From assembly GCA_002269645.1 (NCBI GenBank), contig NIVC01005066.1, positions 1 through 27,357 of the forward strand: 27,357 nucleotides of DNA, read 5' to 3'. Positions 11,179 through 21,830 of this stretch are shown here, in pieces. Position numbers and translations under genes: made by a program. The number at the start of each line of letters is the position of its first letter. Position 1 is the stretch's first letter. Below the pieces are notes generated by a model. The model saw only the letters and a program-made list of their open reading frames with translations. It was not told where the DNA came from and made no database searches. Source of the stretch: Macrostomum lignano (Eukaryota).

Positions 11179-12498
11179 ATGGCTGCACTCATGGAAGAAT
11201 TTGAAAGTTTTTCCGATTCGGACTTAATGACGTCCGATGAAGAAGAAGACATCATGTCAGAGGACGATTATGGTGAGTCGGACGGCCAGAGCACTGCCGA
11301 AGAGACGGAAGAGCTGTCTTGGCATTCTGTAGTTGCTGGGCATGACGTGCAAGCGAATGTGCACGAATTTCTAGGGATTGAATCCAGGAATTTGCGTACC
11401 TGGTGATGTTGAGCAGGCAACGTCCTTTTTTCTCGGTCTTTTTTTGTCCAATAGCCTTTTCGAAGAACTGGCAAAATGGACTAATCGAAGAGCCTGGGCG
11501 GCGATCCACTCTGTCAATGTCGACGACCTGCCTCGGAGTTTTGCGCAATGGAGAGATTGCAGTGCGAATGAAGTAAAGAAGTGTTAGGAATGTGCCTTTA
11601 CATGGGTTCCAATAAAAAGGCCGAAATGAACGAGTACTGGAGCACAGACAGTTACTACAGTACGCCGTACTTTCAAGCACCTCAAGCTCTCTCTAGGGAC
11701 CGCTTCAAGCAGCTACTTGGTCTGCTCCGTTTCTACGATTGCGCTGAGGATCCGATTGTCAACGATCCTCTCTTTAAGATTCGTCCGTTGCTGCAGGCTT
11801 TGAAAGAGACTTGTACCGTCCGGGCCGACCGAGGTGTGCCGATTGAGCTCAGACAGCTGCACGTTCCACCTAACGACGTCGCCTTCATGCGCAAAGACGG
11901 GGTGCTGGCTGTCAAGATCGTTGAACGAAAGGAGAGTGGCCTGAAGACTCTGTATTTGCTGGACACGAAAGAGGCGGCTGAGAGGGTTCAAACCAGACGC
12001 GTGGTTCGTGGAGGAGCAGAAACAGTGGTGCAGAAGAGCAGGTCAGTTCTCACCTACAATCGGTGCATGGGTGGTGTTGACAGAATGGACAGTCATCTAC
12101 AGCCTCATCTGCCAGGGAGGAAAACTACAAAGTGGTTTTTGAAGCTCGGCTTGCATCTTTTTCTTCAAATGATTCGCAACGCTTGGATTGTGTACAGCCG
12201 GTGCGGTGGAGAGAATACGTTCGCCAAGTTTCTTGAGGCCAGCATTCGGGAGCTGGTGGAGCGTACCGGAACGAGCAGGAAGCGCCCGGCCGCTGGCATC
12301 CAGGCCGCTCCAGGTGGCCCAGTCAGTCCGCACTTTCCAACGAAGATTGTGGCGCGGGACAGTCAGCCAAGACCAACAAAGCGCTATCGTGTCTGCTACA
12401 GAGCTGGAAGCAGCAAGCGCACGATCTACTGCTGCCCTGAGTGTCCAGGGGAACCGGGGCTCTGCTTGGAAGCTTGCTTTCAGCAGTGGCATGCCTGA
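11179..12498 (+). pseudogene. piggyBac transposase pseudogene
   Basis: Acidic N-terminus; frameshifts near 11400 and 11580. Motifs LGMCLYMG..K, YWST, LSRDRFKQLLGLLRF, KIRPLL, TVRxDRGVP, YNRCMGGVDRMD (third catalytic Asp), KWFLKL and a C-terminal Cys-rich domain C..ECP...LC...CF..WH. The segment carrying the first two catalytic Asp is absent. Confidence 0.88.
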
Positions 12499-12917
12499 TC
12501 TTCGACTGCGATTTGGACTAAGTCTGCCTTAATGAATCTATTTGAAGGCAACTGTTCACTCGAACTTAGTCAAAATATAATGCAAGTCAGTATATTTTAA
12601 TGTAGTTTGTAAGTTTACTGAGTTATTATGTTTATTTAAAGTTTAAAGTTGTCTAACACATATCACAATGTTCTTTTTTGCGTTTTGGAGTACTTTTGCA
12701 TCTAAATGTACGATCTGCTTACTTTTGTTTTACTTTGTTAAAATATTTTTCGTATGATTTTTTCTTCAGTCGAGTTGTTTCCAGACCGTGAATAATCTGT
12801 AGCAGATTTCAACCAACTGCGGTATAAAAGGCAAATGACAAATTTTTTATTTGGAAGGATAAAAGTAAAGCTAGTTCCTTTTTGAATAAATATTTGTCCA
12901 TGACCCCTAATGGCTGA

Positions 12918-12920
<3 letters not shown>

Positions 12921-12948
<28 letters not shown>
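12921..12948 (+). repeat. (GACA)7 microsatellite
   Basis: Seven perfect GACA units read directly. Confidence 0.95.
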
Positions 12949-12949
<1 letters not shown>

Positions 12950-13472
12950 TTTTGAAGAGCTGCTCAATCTGATTTTCCTAACTTCAATTCTATGGCAAGC
13001 TCTGCTTACCATAGCCGACCGGAACGGCCTGTGGCCAGCCATAGACTCATAGAGACTTTCCTCACTCGCGAAAGTTTAGGCTTGGATTGGAGTGTCAGCG
13101 TGGTAAGCCCTGCTTACCATCAGACTGCTGGCGGTTAAAGCATTGAGCTTATTTTTAAATTAGCTAAATCTAGTCTGTTTGCCTAGCTTTTCATAGTTAA
13201 ACAACTAGATAAAAGTCCCGGGAGAATGCATCATGTTTGCTGTTCATTTAAAGTGATATGAAAATGCTCGGTAACCTGACAGCTGAAGACGATATAATCG
13301 GTAGGCATAACACTAGGGTGAGGGGGAGGAGAATCAAGTTTGAAGTGAGAATCACCACCAATCAGGAGACTGACAACCATCCCCCATCCCCAAAACTGAG
13401 GGTAACCGCCGATACTAATAGCCTCTCACTCGCCAAAATTCGCATATACATTTTAGTATTGCTTTTTTTGTC

Positions 13473-14018
13473 AACCAAGTTGAGAATTCCCATTTGCCAA
13501 CAGTCCTTATCCACAGATAAAGCCAACTAAGTTGATAAAAATTAAGCCAGCCAAATTGAGAATCAGTCGCAGCCGTGCAGAATAAACGCAGAATGCCTGC
13601 AGCAACATCGCTCGCAGATCGCCAGCGCCTGATTGCTGCAGTTTGCTACGTCTGACCACAAAATATATTCCGTTACCGTTGGGCAAGGGCAGCGCTGTGT
13701 CCACTGGCATGTCTATGGGCAAGACCAAATGTACTGTTGCCAATGGGAATTCTCAACTTGGTTGGCTTAATTCTCAACAGGGGCGGATTTGGGGGGGGGG
13801 GCGCCCCCCCCCCAAAAAAAAACTTTTTAGCGCCCCTAAGCTTGACTTTTCTCCCCCTACACGCATTTTTGCGCCCTAAGCTAAAAATTGGCGCCCCAAA
13901 CTTGGACCGCCCCCCCCAAAATGAAACTCTAGATCCGCCACTGATTCTTAACTTGGCTGACAAAAGCTAAATAGCTTGTCAGCCTAACTGAGAATAAGCC
14001 ATCCAAACTGAGAATCCT
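13473..14018. repeat. Foldback/MITE-like array of aagcca.ccaa.ttgagaat units in both orientations
   Basis: 13473-13507 is an inverted repeat of about 13731-13765. The unit recurs near 13521-13564 (+), 13748-13777/13944-13960 (-) and 13978-14018 (+). Confidence 0.55.
13778..13943. mobile_element. hAT-type MITE, 166 bp
   Basis: TIRs CAGGGGCGGATTT / CAGTGGCGGATCT. 8-bp TSD ATTCTCAA (13770-13777) / ATTCTTAA (13944-13951). Internal G/C homopolymer hairpin. Confidence 0.8.
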
Positions 14019-14079
14019 CCATGCGCCGCCTGCAAGGGGTCTTGGCTGCGTTTTGCCTAAGTCTATGGGTCATATAGAC

Positions 14080-15126
14080 CAGGGAAGCCTCCTATGGTCG
14101 CTTAGTTCCCCAGAAAGGCACACTAGTTTAGGCAGCATACAAGTTTAAGGGTAAAATCCCAATTTGAAAGCAGTGAATGAATAGAAAAATGCAATGTTTT
14201 TTCATTTCTATGACTGATAACTTTTTAACTAAAAGTCATAGAAATATACGGTTTGCACTATTCAACGCAAAACATTCAGAACTTTATATTAGGTCTCCAA
14301 GGTTAATTTGTATTATTCAAAAAACTTTCGTTTTGTTAGTGCGAGAAAAATACTTTACAACCCTTCGGGCCATGCAACAAAAATGAAATGATTACTCTTA
14401 GGTGATACTTTAGCAAAAGAGAGTGAAATTAACTTACCTACAGAGCAGAAAAGTGCTGGGGTATGCTGTATGAAAATAGCACTTTGTACGAGTATGACTC
14501 TATAACAAAAGCTAAGTCTACTACGGGTATACATCAGAGCTATAGCTCATTTCTCAGATAGTTTTGACTTCAAAATGTTTCTGCCTTATCCTCGCAGCGA
14601 CGCATGGCACTCTCTCGCCGAGTCTAAGCAGATATCATTGTGGCAGGTCGCTCCTCGGAACACTTGCTGAAGTAGAATGGCGCGTTTGGAAAGATGCTGG
14701 GTACGGCATCAGAATTCAACCGTCCATTTTTCAGCTTCTTTGCTTCTTGTCGATCTGCATTTGCAAATGCGGAGCGCTTACAGCTGGAGTTGGAGTCCTG
14801 AGAGTTTGTTACAAATAACCTTTCCGAAAAATGCAGCGAGCAGATCCGGTTGTGCTTTGGATCGCTGCGCAACAACTTCTCCAACTCTGCTGCTGTCCAC
14901 TTTCGGGGAAGCTCCGGCTGTGTATATATTCTTTTTCCAGTTAGCAAGCTATGAAATACGAGAGGTGTTACAAAAGTTCGCGTACAAACTGCTCTAGCGA
15001 GAAATCGATAAGCAGTAGCATCATTTCATTCATTCTATACCATGCCCCTAAACTCGTATAGCGGAGTGGGGTGGGGTGGGTGAGTGTCCCTTCCTGGAGA
15101 GCGCAGCGACCATAGAGGCTTCCCTG
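14080..15126 (-). mobile_element. Non-autonomous P-superfamily-like DNA transposon carrying a THAP-domain remnant
   Basis: TIRs CAGGGAAGCCTC(C)TATGGTCGCT at 14080-14102 and 15105-15126. Perfect 7-bp TSD TATAGAC at 14073-14079 and 15127-15133. THAP remnant inside. Confidence 0.82.
14624..15000 (-). pseudogene. THAP zinc-finger domain remnant (transposase N-terminus)
   Basis: Conserved W, RICSLHF and the AVPSIFPN box. The N-terminal cysteines and the downstream sequence are disrupted by stops; no catalytic domain. Confidence 0.8.
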
Positions 15127-15439
15127 TATAGACTGCAAAAGTCAAACAAAGCTTATTTATATTACGAAAAGCTGTTGAAACCCGCAGATTTTGAACCCGG
15201 GAAATTCTAATCCGTGGAACTATTTTTGCATGTATTCTGAAATCCAAGGCCATACTCAGGCAAAAACTTGTTAATAGTTAGTAGGATAGAGGTAAACATA
15301 AAATGGAGTACAATCGTGTAAAATTAGGATTTGAGGCAAACAGTTGATATTGTTGGCGGCTGCAGGGTGCTGCGCAGAATGTCGGGCAATGTCTGTCTGA
15401 CATGTATTGGCAAACTCTGGCCTCTGCCTCTGACTCTCC

Positions 15440-16040
15440 CTACGTCCCTTGGATCGTTTGAAACTTCTATCTTCCCTTCTGTTTCCTCTTTTCTCTTGTC
15501 CCTCGTCTCTTTTCTCCTTTTTCTCTCTCCTCTCTCCTCTCTTCCCTCTTCTCTCGTACCTTCCCTCATCTTTCTTCTCTTTCATCTCTCTTATCTCATC
15601 TCTTCTCTCTCTTCTTTTCTCTCTCCTCTCCTCTCTTTTCTTTTCTAATTTCTCTCTGATCCTCTCTCTCTCTTATCTCTCCTCTCCTATCTCTCTTCCC
15701 CCCTCTCTCTTTGTCTCTCATCTTTCCTCTCGTCTCTGTAAACTCTTCTCTCTTATCTCTCCTCTGTTCTCTTCTCTCTACTTTCTCTTCTCTCGTCTGT
15801 TCACTCTCGTCTCTGCTCTCTCATCCCCTCTCTTTCATCGGTCATCTTTACTGTTTTATGTTCTTTCATCTCCCTTCTCTGTACTGTTTCTTTCCCCTCT
15901 ATTGACTCCTCACTTTCCTTTCTCCTTTCTTCTCTTCTCTTCTCTTCCCTCTTCTATACTCTCTCCCTCTTGTCTCCTCTTTTCTCTCTCCACTCTCCTC
16001 TATCCTCTATCTCTCATCTCTCATTTCTCATCTCCCCTTA
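15440..16040 (+). repeat. CT-rich low-complexity polypyrimidine tract (~600 bp)
   Basis: Degenerate ctctt/ctctc repeats. The ORFs here are compositional artefacts. Confidence 0.9.
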
Positions 16041-16334
16041 CACCACTTCAATTTACAGAAAATGAGTCAATGAAGAATTGTGTCAAGTTTGAAGTCAATC
16101 GCTTTGGGTAAAGCAAACTTATGGCAGCCAAAATTAGTCAATTTTTAAACCCCACTTTGCACATCTCCCTGGATTCAATAGAAGTACCTTCTTTTGCCCC
16201 CAAGCTAGTTTGTCTGACCCAAACTCCCACTTTCGGTTTCAGCCTCCAACTAACTGTGGGCCTATGGAGCATGTAGTCTATTTTTAAACCCATTAACCCT
16301 CTCTGGGCCCTTATTGGGAAAGAGAGGCAGGCGG

Positions 16335-16708
16335 TTAGGGTGGTTGCTACGCTGACAAAAAAAACAGCCTAACTTTAAAAGTGCACAGCGCCGTTTAGGA
16401 TTGACTTTGAGACTCCAAATTTTATACGATCGTGTTAAATATTTGAAAATTGATTGTGTTAAATTTGAAGTGGATTAGTAAAACTGGAGCGGCGCTATGG
16501 AGGATTAAGTAAAAAAATCGCGAATTTTGAGCAATTTTTTGCACTTGTAGGTAGGAAGACTCAAATTAAGGAACTTTTAAGGTAGCCTAAGACATTCTCC
16601 GTAGTGAGTTTAGGGTGGGTGCAAAATTTGGTGTAATTTGGTTTGGTAGTCCATAGCGAACAAAATTGGCCACAGACACACAGAGTTTTGATTTTTATAG
16701 GTAGAGAT
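16335..16708 (+). mobile_element. Possible Helentron-associated (HINE/DINE-1-like) non-autonomous element
   Basis: Internal aaatttgaag / caaaatttggtgtaatttgg motifs and a 3' end cagacacacagagttttgatttttataggtagagat resembling HINE termini. The 5' boundary is not defined. Confidence 0.35.
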
Positions 16709-16802
16709 AGTTAATTTTTCGAGATATTGCTTCGAACGATTAAGCATACAGATAGTATCGCTTCTCCTTCGATATAATATATTCGAGAGCAAAACTATTT
16801 TC

Positions 16803-17306
16803 ATGGCACACTTAAAGAGCGCCAGTAGTTGTTACAGGTTTTTCAGTCAACATACCGGCTGGACCTGCTTAGCGACTGCCGTTGCTACCACTTTCACTTA
16901 TCTGCATATTTGGCCAATGTACCCGTCATATACGATAGATGGAGTCAGCATGGAGCCAACAATACCCGATAAATCCATTGTCTATACACGAGTGGCGCCT
17001 GTCTCTATTAAACAGATTGCAAGGTAAGACACCTTACCGATTTAAAAACAGCCTATAGCTTAACCTTCGGCTAAGTTAAAAAGGCAAAACATGGCACTAC
17101 GTTGAAATTGAGTGCCACACAAAATGTCGACTTGTGTGCAAAGGTATTTCTTATTTTGTGTTGAATTTTCCATCCACAGAGGCGACATTGTAATCGCAGT
17201 GAATCCCACCAAAAATGCTGAGCTGATCTGCAAACGCGTGGCTTCCGTCGGTGGCGATTCTGTAACATACAGGAAGTTGGGCAGCTCGAGCTACACCACT
17301 AGTGAT
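16803..17306 (+). CDS. IMMP1L: Mitochondrial inner membrane protease subunit 1-like (peptidase S26), exons 1-2; 3' exon uncertain
   Basis: join(16803-17023,17180-17306), 116 codons. Catalytic Ser in GVSMEPT, RGDIVIA box, catalytic Lys in ICKRV. Donor gtaatt at 17307. IMP1 vs IMP2 assignment is by motif recall. Confidence 0.8.
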
Positions 17307-17412
17307 GTAATTTTGCCCATCTTAAACTCGTTTAGCCTATACTGATATCTAGATTCACTTGTAAATTTGTTAAGATATCGACTATACTCTCATTTGGGCA
17401 TATAAATTAGCC

Positions 17413-17610
17413 TGTAGCTGCTGCTACAAGTAAAATTTATTAACAGTGGAAACGCGTGTGTATTTTGTCACTTGATGCGCAGGGGGCTTTAACATTAGTT
17501 TGCATCGGTACAGCATTGGTTTTATGTCTATGGGCAGAGATGCGTTATTGATAAAATAAAGGTCTTAGGAATTTATAAATAAAGTACAAATTAGTAAAAT
17601 GACTGCTACA
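17413..17610 (-). repeat. 3' LTR of Gypsy element 1
   Basis: Identical to 21852-22049 except 3 substitutions. Confidence 0.97.
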
Positions 17611-17625
17611 AATACTCCCCCTCAC
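17611..17625 (-). promoter_or_regulatory. Polypurine tract of Gypsy element 1
   Basis: Minus strand GTGAGGGGGAGTATT abuts the 3' LTR. Confidence 0.9.
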
Positions 17626-17727
17626 GGAGAAAGAGTGCAGGTGTCTAGGCAAGCGAAACGTCAAAATATTACGCTCGTATTAGTAATTAGTGCTAGTGTT
17701 AGTTAGTGAAGTGGATTATAGTATAAT

Positions 17728-19552
17728 TTAGTTAAAAACATTAACTTCAGGTGAGTCCGAAAAGTGAACGTGTCGAGTAGGCGTGGGCGAGCTGGTCGGT
17801 TCCCTCGGAATGGGAACACCTGGACGAGAATCCTGCGGTTGGGCGGCTGTCATTGAACGGGTCTGTCGTTGACTGTCTGGCAGTCTGGCTGGTTTTACTC
17901 GCTCAATTGATACAGATTGCTGTTTGCCTTTGATTTCGAGTGTCATCGTGTTGTCGGAACGGCGCAGCACTTTGTACGGTCCTTGGTACGGCGCTTCAAG
18001 TGGGTGTCGTACCCTGTCGACGCGCAGCCAGGCAAAGTTGCAGGACGCCAGGTCGGATGGCAGGTGGACCGGCTGCTGTCGCGTTCGCGGAAGGCGGTAT
18101 GGAAAGAAAAGATCGTGTAATCGAGTTGACAGCTGGTGGTGGTCGGTATCTTCGGTGGTGACAGGTGGAACCAGTGGCTGCTCTCCTGTCACGATCGAGA
18201 ATGGTGAGTTTCCTTTGTCGTCCGGATTGATCCGCAGGCCGTACAGGACGATAGGAAGTTGAGTCAACCAGCAATGTCCACGAGCTCTCAGACCGGCTGT
18301 CAGCGTGCGATGGACTCTCTCGATCATGCCATTGGCCTTGGGATTATAAGCAGATGTGCGTATGTGATGGACTCCAAGAAGGTTCACCAGATTTGCCATC
18401 AGCTCCGATCGAAACTGTGCTCCTTGGTCGGTGATCAATGTGAGTGGCGGACCGAAACGGCAGATCCAGTGGCTGACGAAGGCTTGTGCTACAGCCATAC
18501 TTGTGATGGAGTTCAACGGAATCGCCTCGACCCAACGGGAGTACGAGTCCACCATGGTCAGAAGGTATCGCGGTTGAGAGGCTGCTTCGACGGTGTCGGG
18601 CAGCGGGAGTGGTCCGACCAGATCAATGTGAACAGTTGTGAAACGTTGTGTCGGTGAAGGCAAATGGTGTAACGGGCGGTGTACGTGACGACCAACCTTG
18701 GCTGCTTGGCATTGTGTGCATTCAGACGTCCACCGTTGTACATCTGACTTCATGCAGGGCCAGAAAAAACGATAGGCAACTAAACGTAGAGTAGCTTTGA
18801 TACCTGGGTGAGATATGCTGTGCAATGATTGGACGATCTGTCGACGTAGACATTCCGGAACGACCGGTCGCGGATTCGGCTGCGAGGTTTCGCAGTACAG
18901 TGGGCAGTCCAGCAAACCGATGTCGAACGGACGGTAGCGGTCATTGTCAGCAAGTTTTGCTTCACGTTGTGCCTTGGCGATCGCCGGCAGGTCGGCGGGT
19001 AGATCTAGCTTTTCGGCTTGGACAACGTTGACTGTGCATTCGTCTGGTCGAGTAACGTCTCGAGAGAGAGTGTCGGCGACGACGTTCTTGGCGCCAGGGA
19101 TGTAGATGACGTCAGTGACGTATTCTGAGATAGTAGCCAACTGGCGTTGCTGCCGATCGGAGAGACGCTCTTTGTTGCTGTGGAAAGCGCCAATCAACGG
19201 CTTGTGATCGCAGAATACAGTCGTTGGATGTCCATGGATTAGGTAGCGCCAGGTTTTGACTGCGGCAAACACGGCGAGAAGCTCGCGGTCGAATGCGCTG
19301 TACGATGACTTTGTTTGAGTGAGCTTCCGAGAATAGAAAGCGATGGGGACTGAGTCGCCGTTTTCTACCTGGTGGAGGCTGGCGCCGATGGCGAAGGAGC
19401 TTGCATCCGACGTGATCGTGAAGTTTCCTGTCGTGGTCGGGAATGCTAGAGTCACCGCTGCGGCTAAGCCGTCTTGAAGCTCTTTGAGCGCGGAATCGTG
19501 CTCCGGTTGCCATTTGTAATCGGCGTCGGTTAGCGATCGCAGAGGCAATACG
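17728..19552 (-). CDS. pol: Gypsy pol 3' part: RNase H plus integrase (disconnected from RT)
   Basis: RNase H TSDASS, ELLAV, DHKPL. Integrase H-S-I-S-H..C..C zinc finger, HIDLVGP, TDQGAQF, NGMIERVHRTL, and a GPY/F motif (APYQGPYKV). Confidence 0.93.
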
Positions 19553-19644
19553 CCTGCGCATCAAGTGACAAAATACACACGCGTTTCCACTGTTAATAAA
19601 TTTTACTTGTAGCAGCAGCTACAAACTGGTAGCAGAGCGTGGTT
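19553..19644 (+). other. Inverted 92-bp insert: 71 bp of the element's own LTR end + AAC spacer + 18-nt PBS
   Basis: Reverse complement of the LTR/PBS junction (19553-19623 LTR, 19627-19644 TGGTAGCAGAGCGTGGTT), flanked by a 57-bp direct duplication of pol (19496-19552 and 19645-19701). Confidence 0.95.
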
Positions 19645-20963
19645 TCGTGCTCCGGTTGCCATTTGTAATCGGCGTCGGTTAGCGATCGCAGAGGCAATAC
19701 GATGCTAGCGTAGTTGGGGATGTGGCGTTGGTAGAAGCCAAACATGCCGAGTACGCGCTGTAGACTCTTGAAATCTTTTGGAGGTGAGATTTGACGCAGC
19801 GTCTCCACACGAGATGGAAGTGGCTGGATCCCGGACGCCGAGACCAGATGACCGAGGAACTCGATGCTGCTCTGGAAAAACTGGCACTTGGTTGGCTGCA
19901 CTCGAAGTCCCTCGTTGTGAAGTCGTTGCATCACAATCTGGACGTCTCTGTGATGATCGCTCTCCGATTTGCTGTGGATGAGGATGTCGTCAATGTACGT
20001 GATGACACTAGTCATGTCACGAAATAGCGAGTCAATGAAACGCTGGAATGTGCTGCCGGAGTTTCGCAACCCGAAAGGCATCCTGATGCACTCGAAGGAG
20101 CCAAACGGTGTGCAGATTGCTGTCTTGGCGACGTCCTCTTCAGCGACTGGTATGAAGTGGAATGCCTTGACCAAGTCTAGTTTGCTGAAAATTTGGCTGC
20201 CATGGAGTTGGTGGTGAAAATTCCGAATGTGAGGCAGTGGATACCTGTCGGGTACCGTGGCGCTGTTCAGGGCGCGGTAGTCTCCGCATGGTCTCCAAGA
20301 TCCGTCAGGCTTCTTCACCATGTGGAGAGGTGAAGCCCAAGGACTGCATGACGGAAGAACGATTCCCATCTGAAGAAGCTTGTCGAATTCCGCCTTGGCT
20401 GCGGTATACTTTGCCGGTGAGAGCGGGCGAGGCTTGCAGAAAACCGGGTCCCCGGATGTGATGATGCGATGTTTCACCGGAGTGGTGGGCAGAACCGAGT
20501 AATCTGGAGCATCTGTGAGGCCAGGAAAGTGGCTGAAGTAGTCGTTGCCTTTGTCGTTAGAAACCACCTGGATTGACGGTGGTTGGAAGTTGCTTTTGGT
20601 GTCAAATCGAAGCAGTGCAGTCAACGAGGTAAGCGGGTCTCGAAGGCACTTGGCTCCCATGTCGACGGATAGGCCATAGGATGCTAGGAAATCGGATCCG
20701 AGAATTGGTGCTGTCTCTGCGATTATAAAGTTGGCATGAAAGGTGCGGCGGAGGCCTTTTACCATAATTGAAGTGGCGCATTGGCCATAGGACCGTACAT
20801 TGTGACCGCTGACACCACGAAGTTGAACGTTGCATGGAGTAGTGAGGTTGAACGGAACGAAACAGGGAGGAAGGAGCGATTTCTCGGCGCCGGTGTCGAC
20901 AATGAACTGAACGTTGGAACCCAGAACTTGGCAGAGACTAACGGCGTACGGGCCTGATCGTTG
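19593..20963 (-). CDS. pol: Gypsy pol 5' part: aspartic protease plus reverse transcriptase (truncated by the insert)
   Basis: Frame is open from after the TGA at 20964-20966. [66 protein letters not shown]. Confidence 0.93.
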   Translation of the reverse strand, partial: QRSGPYAVSLCQVLGSNVQFIVDTGAEKSLLPPCFVPFNLTTPCNVQLRGVSGHNVRSYGQCATSIMVKGLRRTFHANFIIAETAPILGSDFLASYGLSVDMGAKCLRDPLTSLTALLRFDTKSNFQPPSIQVVSNDKGNDYFSHFPGLTDAPDYSVLPTTPVKHRIITSGDPVFCKPRPLSPAKYTAAKAEFDKLLQMGIVLPSCSPWASPLHMVKKPDGSWRPCGDYRALNSATVPDRYPLPHIRNFHHQLHGSQIFSKLDLVKAFHFIPVAEEDVAKTAICTPFGSFECIRMPFGLRNSGSTFQRFIDSLFRDMTSVITYIDDILIHSKSESDHHRDVQIVMQRLHNEGLRVQPTKCQFFQSSIEFLGHLVSASGIQPLPSRVETLRQISPPKDFKSLQRVLGMFGFYQRHIPNYASIVLPLRSLTDADYKWQPEHETTLCYQFVAAATSKIY

Positions 20964-21001
20964 TCATGGCTCGGCCGCTGCACATGACTTATTCGTTTGG
21001 G
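20963..21001 (-). promoter_or_regulatory. Putative -1 ribosomal frameshift signal at the gag-pol junction
   Basis: In-frame heptamer C CCA AAC (21001-20995), 6-nt spacer, hairpin GTCATG/CATGAC (20988-20963). Confidence 0.65.
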
Positions 21002-21825
21002 GATGGCGATGAAGAACGAGACTGGGCTGGCGTCGACTGGCCTTGGCGGAGCAGGTTTGCCGGCTTCGAGCCTGGCCATTTGCACCAAGGTCGGCAGGTC
21101 CGAGCCTTGTTAGCGTAGTAGATGTGCGCATTGCAGATGAGTGGTCGCTGCTGTCGACGGCCAGGGGCAGCCGGCCGGCGCGGACTCTGGGGCGCCGGCT
21201 GCTCTGTCCTTTCAGCTGCAGCGAGCCGGTTGATGTCGGAAAAAGGAGAAGGACGACCAGCGACAGCGAGCATACTGTCTGCTATCTTTGCGAAGGTGTC
21301 CAGCGGGCTACTTTCGTGTCCGACGAGGGCTGAGCGGATGTTAGCTGGCAGCGCTGAAATCAAGCGTGACTTCACAATGGCATCGTCGACCTTCAGGCCG
21401 ACTTCTGTAAACCGCCGTTTTATCTCGGTAACGAGTTGGCTTGGTCTCCTCTGGCCGAGCTCCACCGCCGACAGGGCCTCCTCGATCAGCTGATGACGGT
21501 TGGCTCGCAGGCTGTCGGATACCGCAGTCTTCAAGTTGTCATAATTATTGCTGTCAAAGTTGAGCTCGCAGGCGATGTCTTCCGGGAGAGCTGCCAGAGC
21601 GTAGTGGTATTTTGTGACGCCGTTGGTGATGTTTGCAAGCGCGAATTGCGATTCGAGTTGCTTGAACCAGGTCTCCGGTGATTTCCGGTAGAAAGCTGGA
21701 GGTCGAACAGCGACCCGGCTGAGTTCACTCGGCTGGGGTGGAGGCAAAGGTTGGTTCTGCTCGTCCACCGCCGGTGCGTTACCAGACGCGCTGGCCAAAG
21801 CAGAAGGAGTTTCGGTGCTTGACAT
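20989..21825 (-). CDS. gag: Gypsy gag, 278 aa
   Basis: Intact ORF starting just after the PBS. RPPAFYRKSPETWFKQLESQF..ANIT...KYHYAL capsid-type motif and C-terminal CNAHIYY..KARTCRPWC knuckle. Confidence 0.92.
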   Translation of the reverse strand: MSSTETPSALASASGNAPAVDEQNQPLPPPQPSELSRVAVRPPAFYRKSPETWFKQLESQFALANITNGVTKYHYALAALPEDIACELNFDSNNYDNLKTAVSDSLRANRHQLIEEALSAVELGQRRPSQLVTEIKRRFTEVGLKVDDAIVKSRLISALPANIRSALVGHESSPLDTFAKIADSMLAVAGRPSPFSDINRLAAAERTEQPAPQSPRRPAAPGRRQQRPLICNAHIYYANKARTCRPWCKWPGSKPANLLRQGQSTPAQSRSSSPSPNE

Positions 21826-21830
21826 TTGGG

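Larger units (their letters stand above)
10980..13134 (+). mobile_element. Non-autonomous piggyBac DNA transposon (PGBD4-like), internally deleted
   Basis: TTAA at 10976-10979 and 13135-13138. Imperfect ~33-bp TIR: 11013-11045 vs reverse complement of 13101-13134. Internal inverted copy of the left repeat at about 13003-13028. Contains a transposase pseudogene. Confidence 0.85.

Noticed and set aside
15271-16111. ORFs of 81-220 aa rich in Leu/Ser/Phe or Arg/Glu/Lys
   Set aside because: Artefacts of the CT-rich tract, which lacks stop codons by composition.
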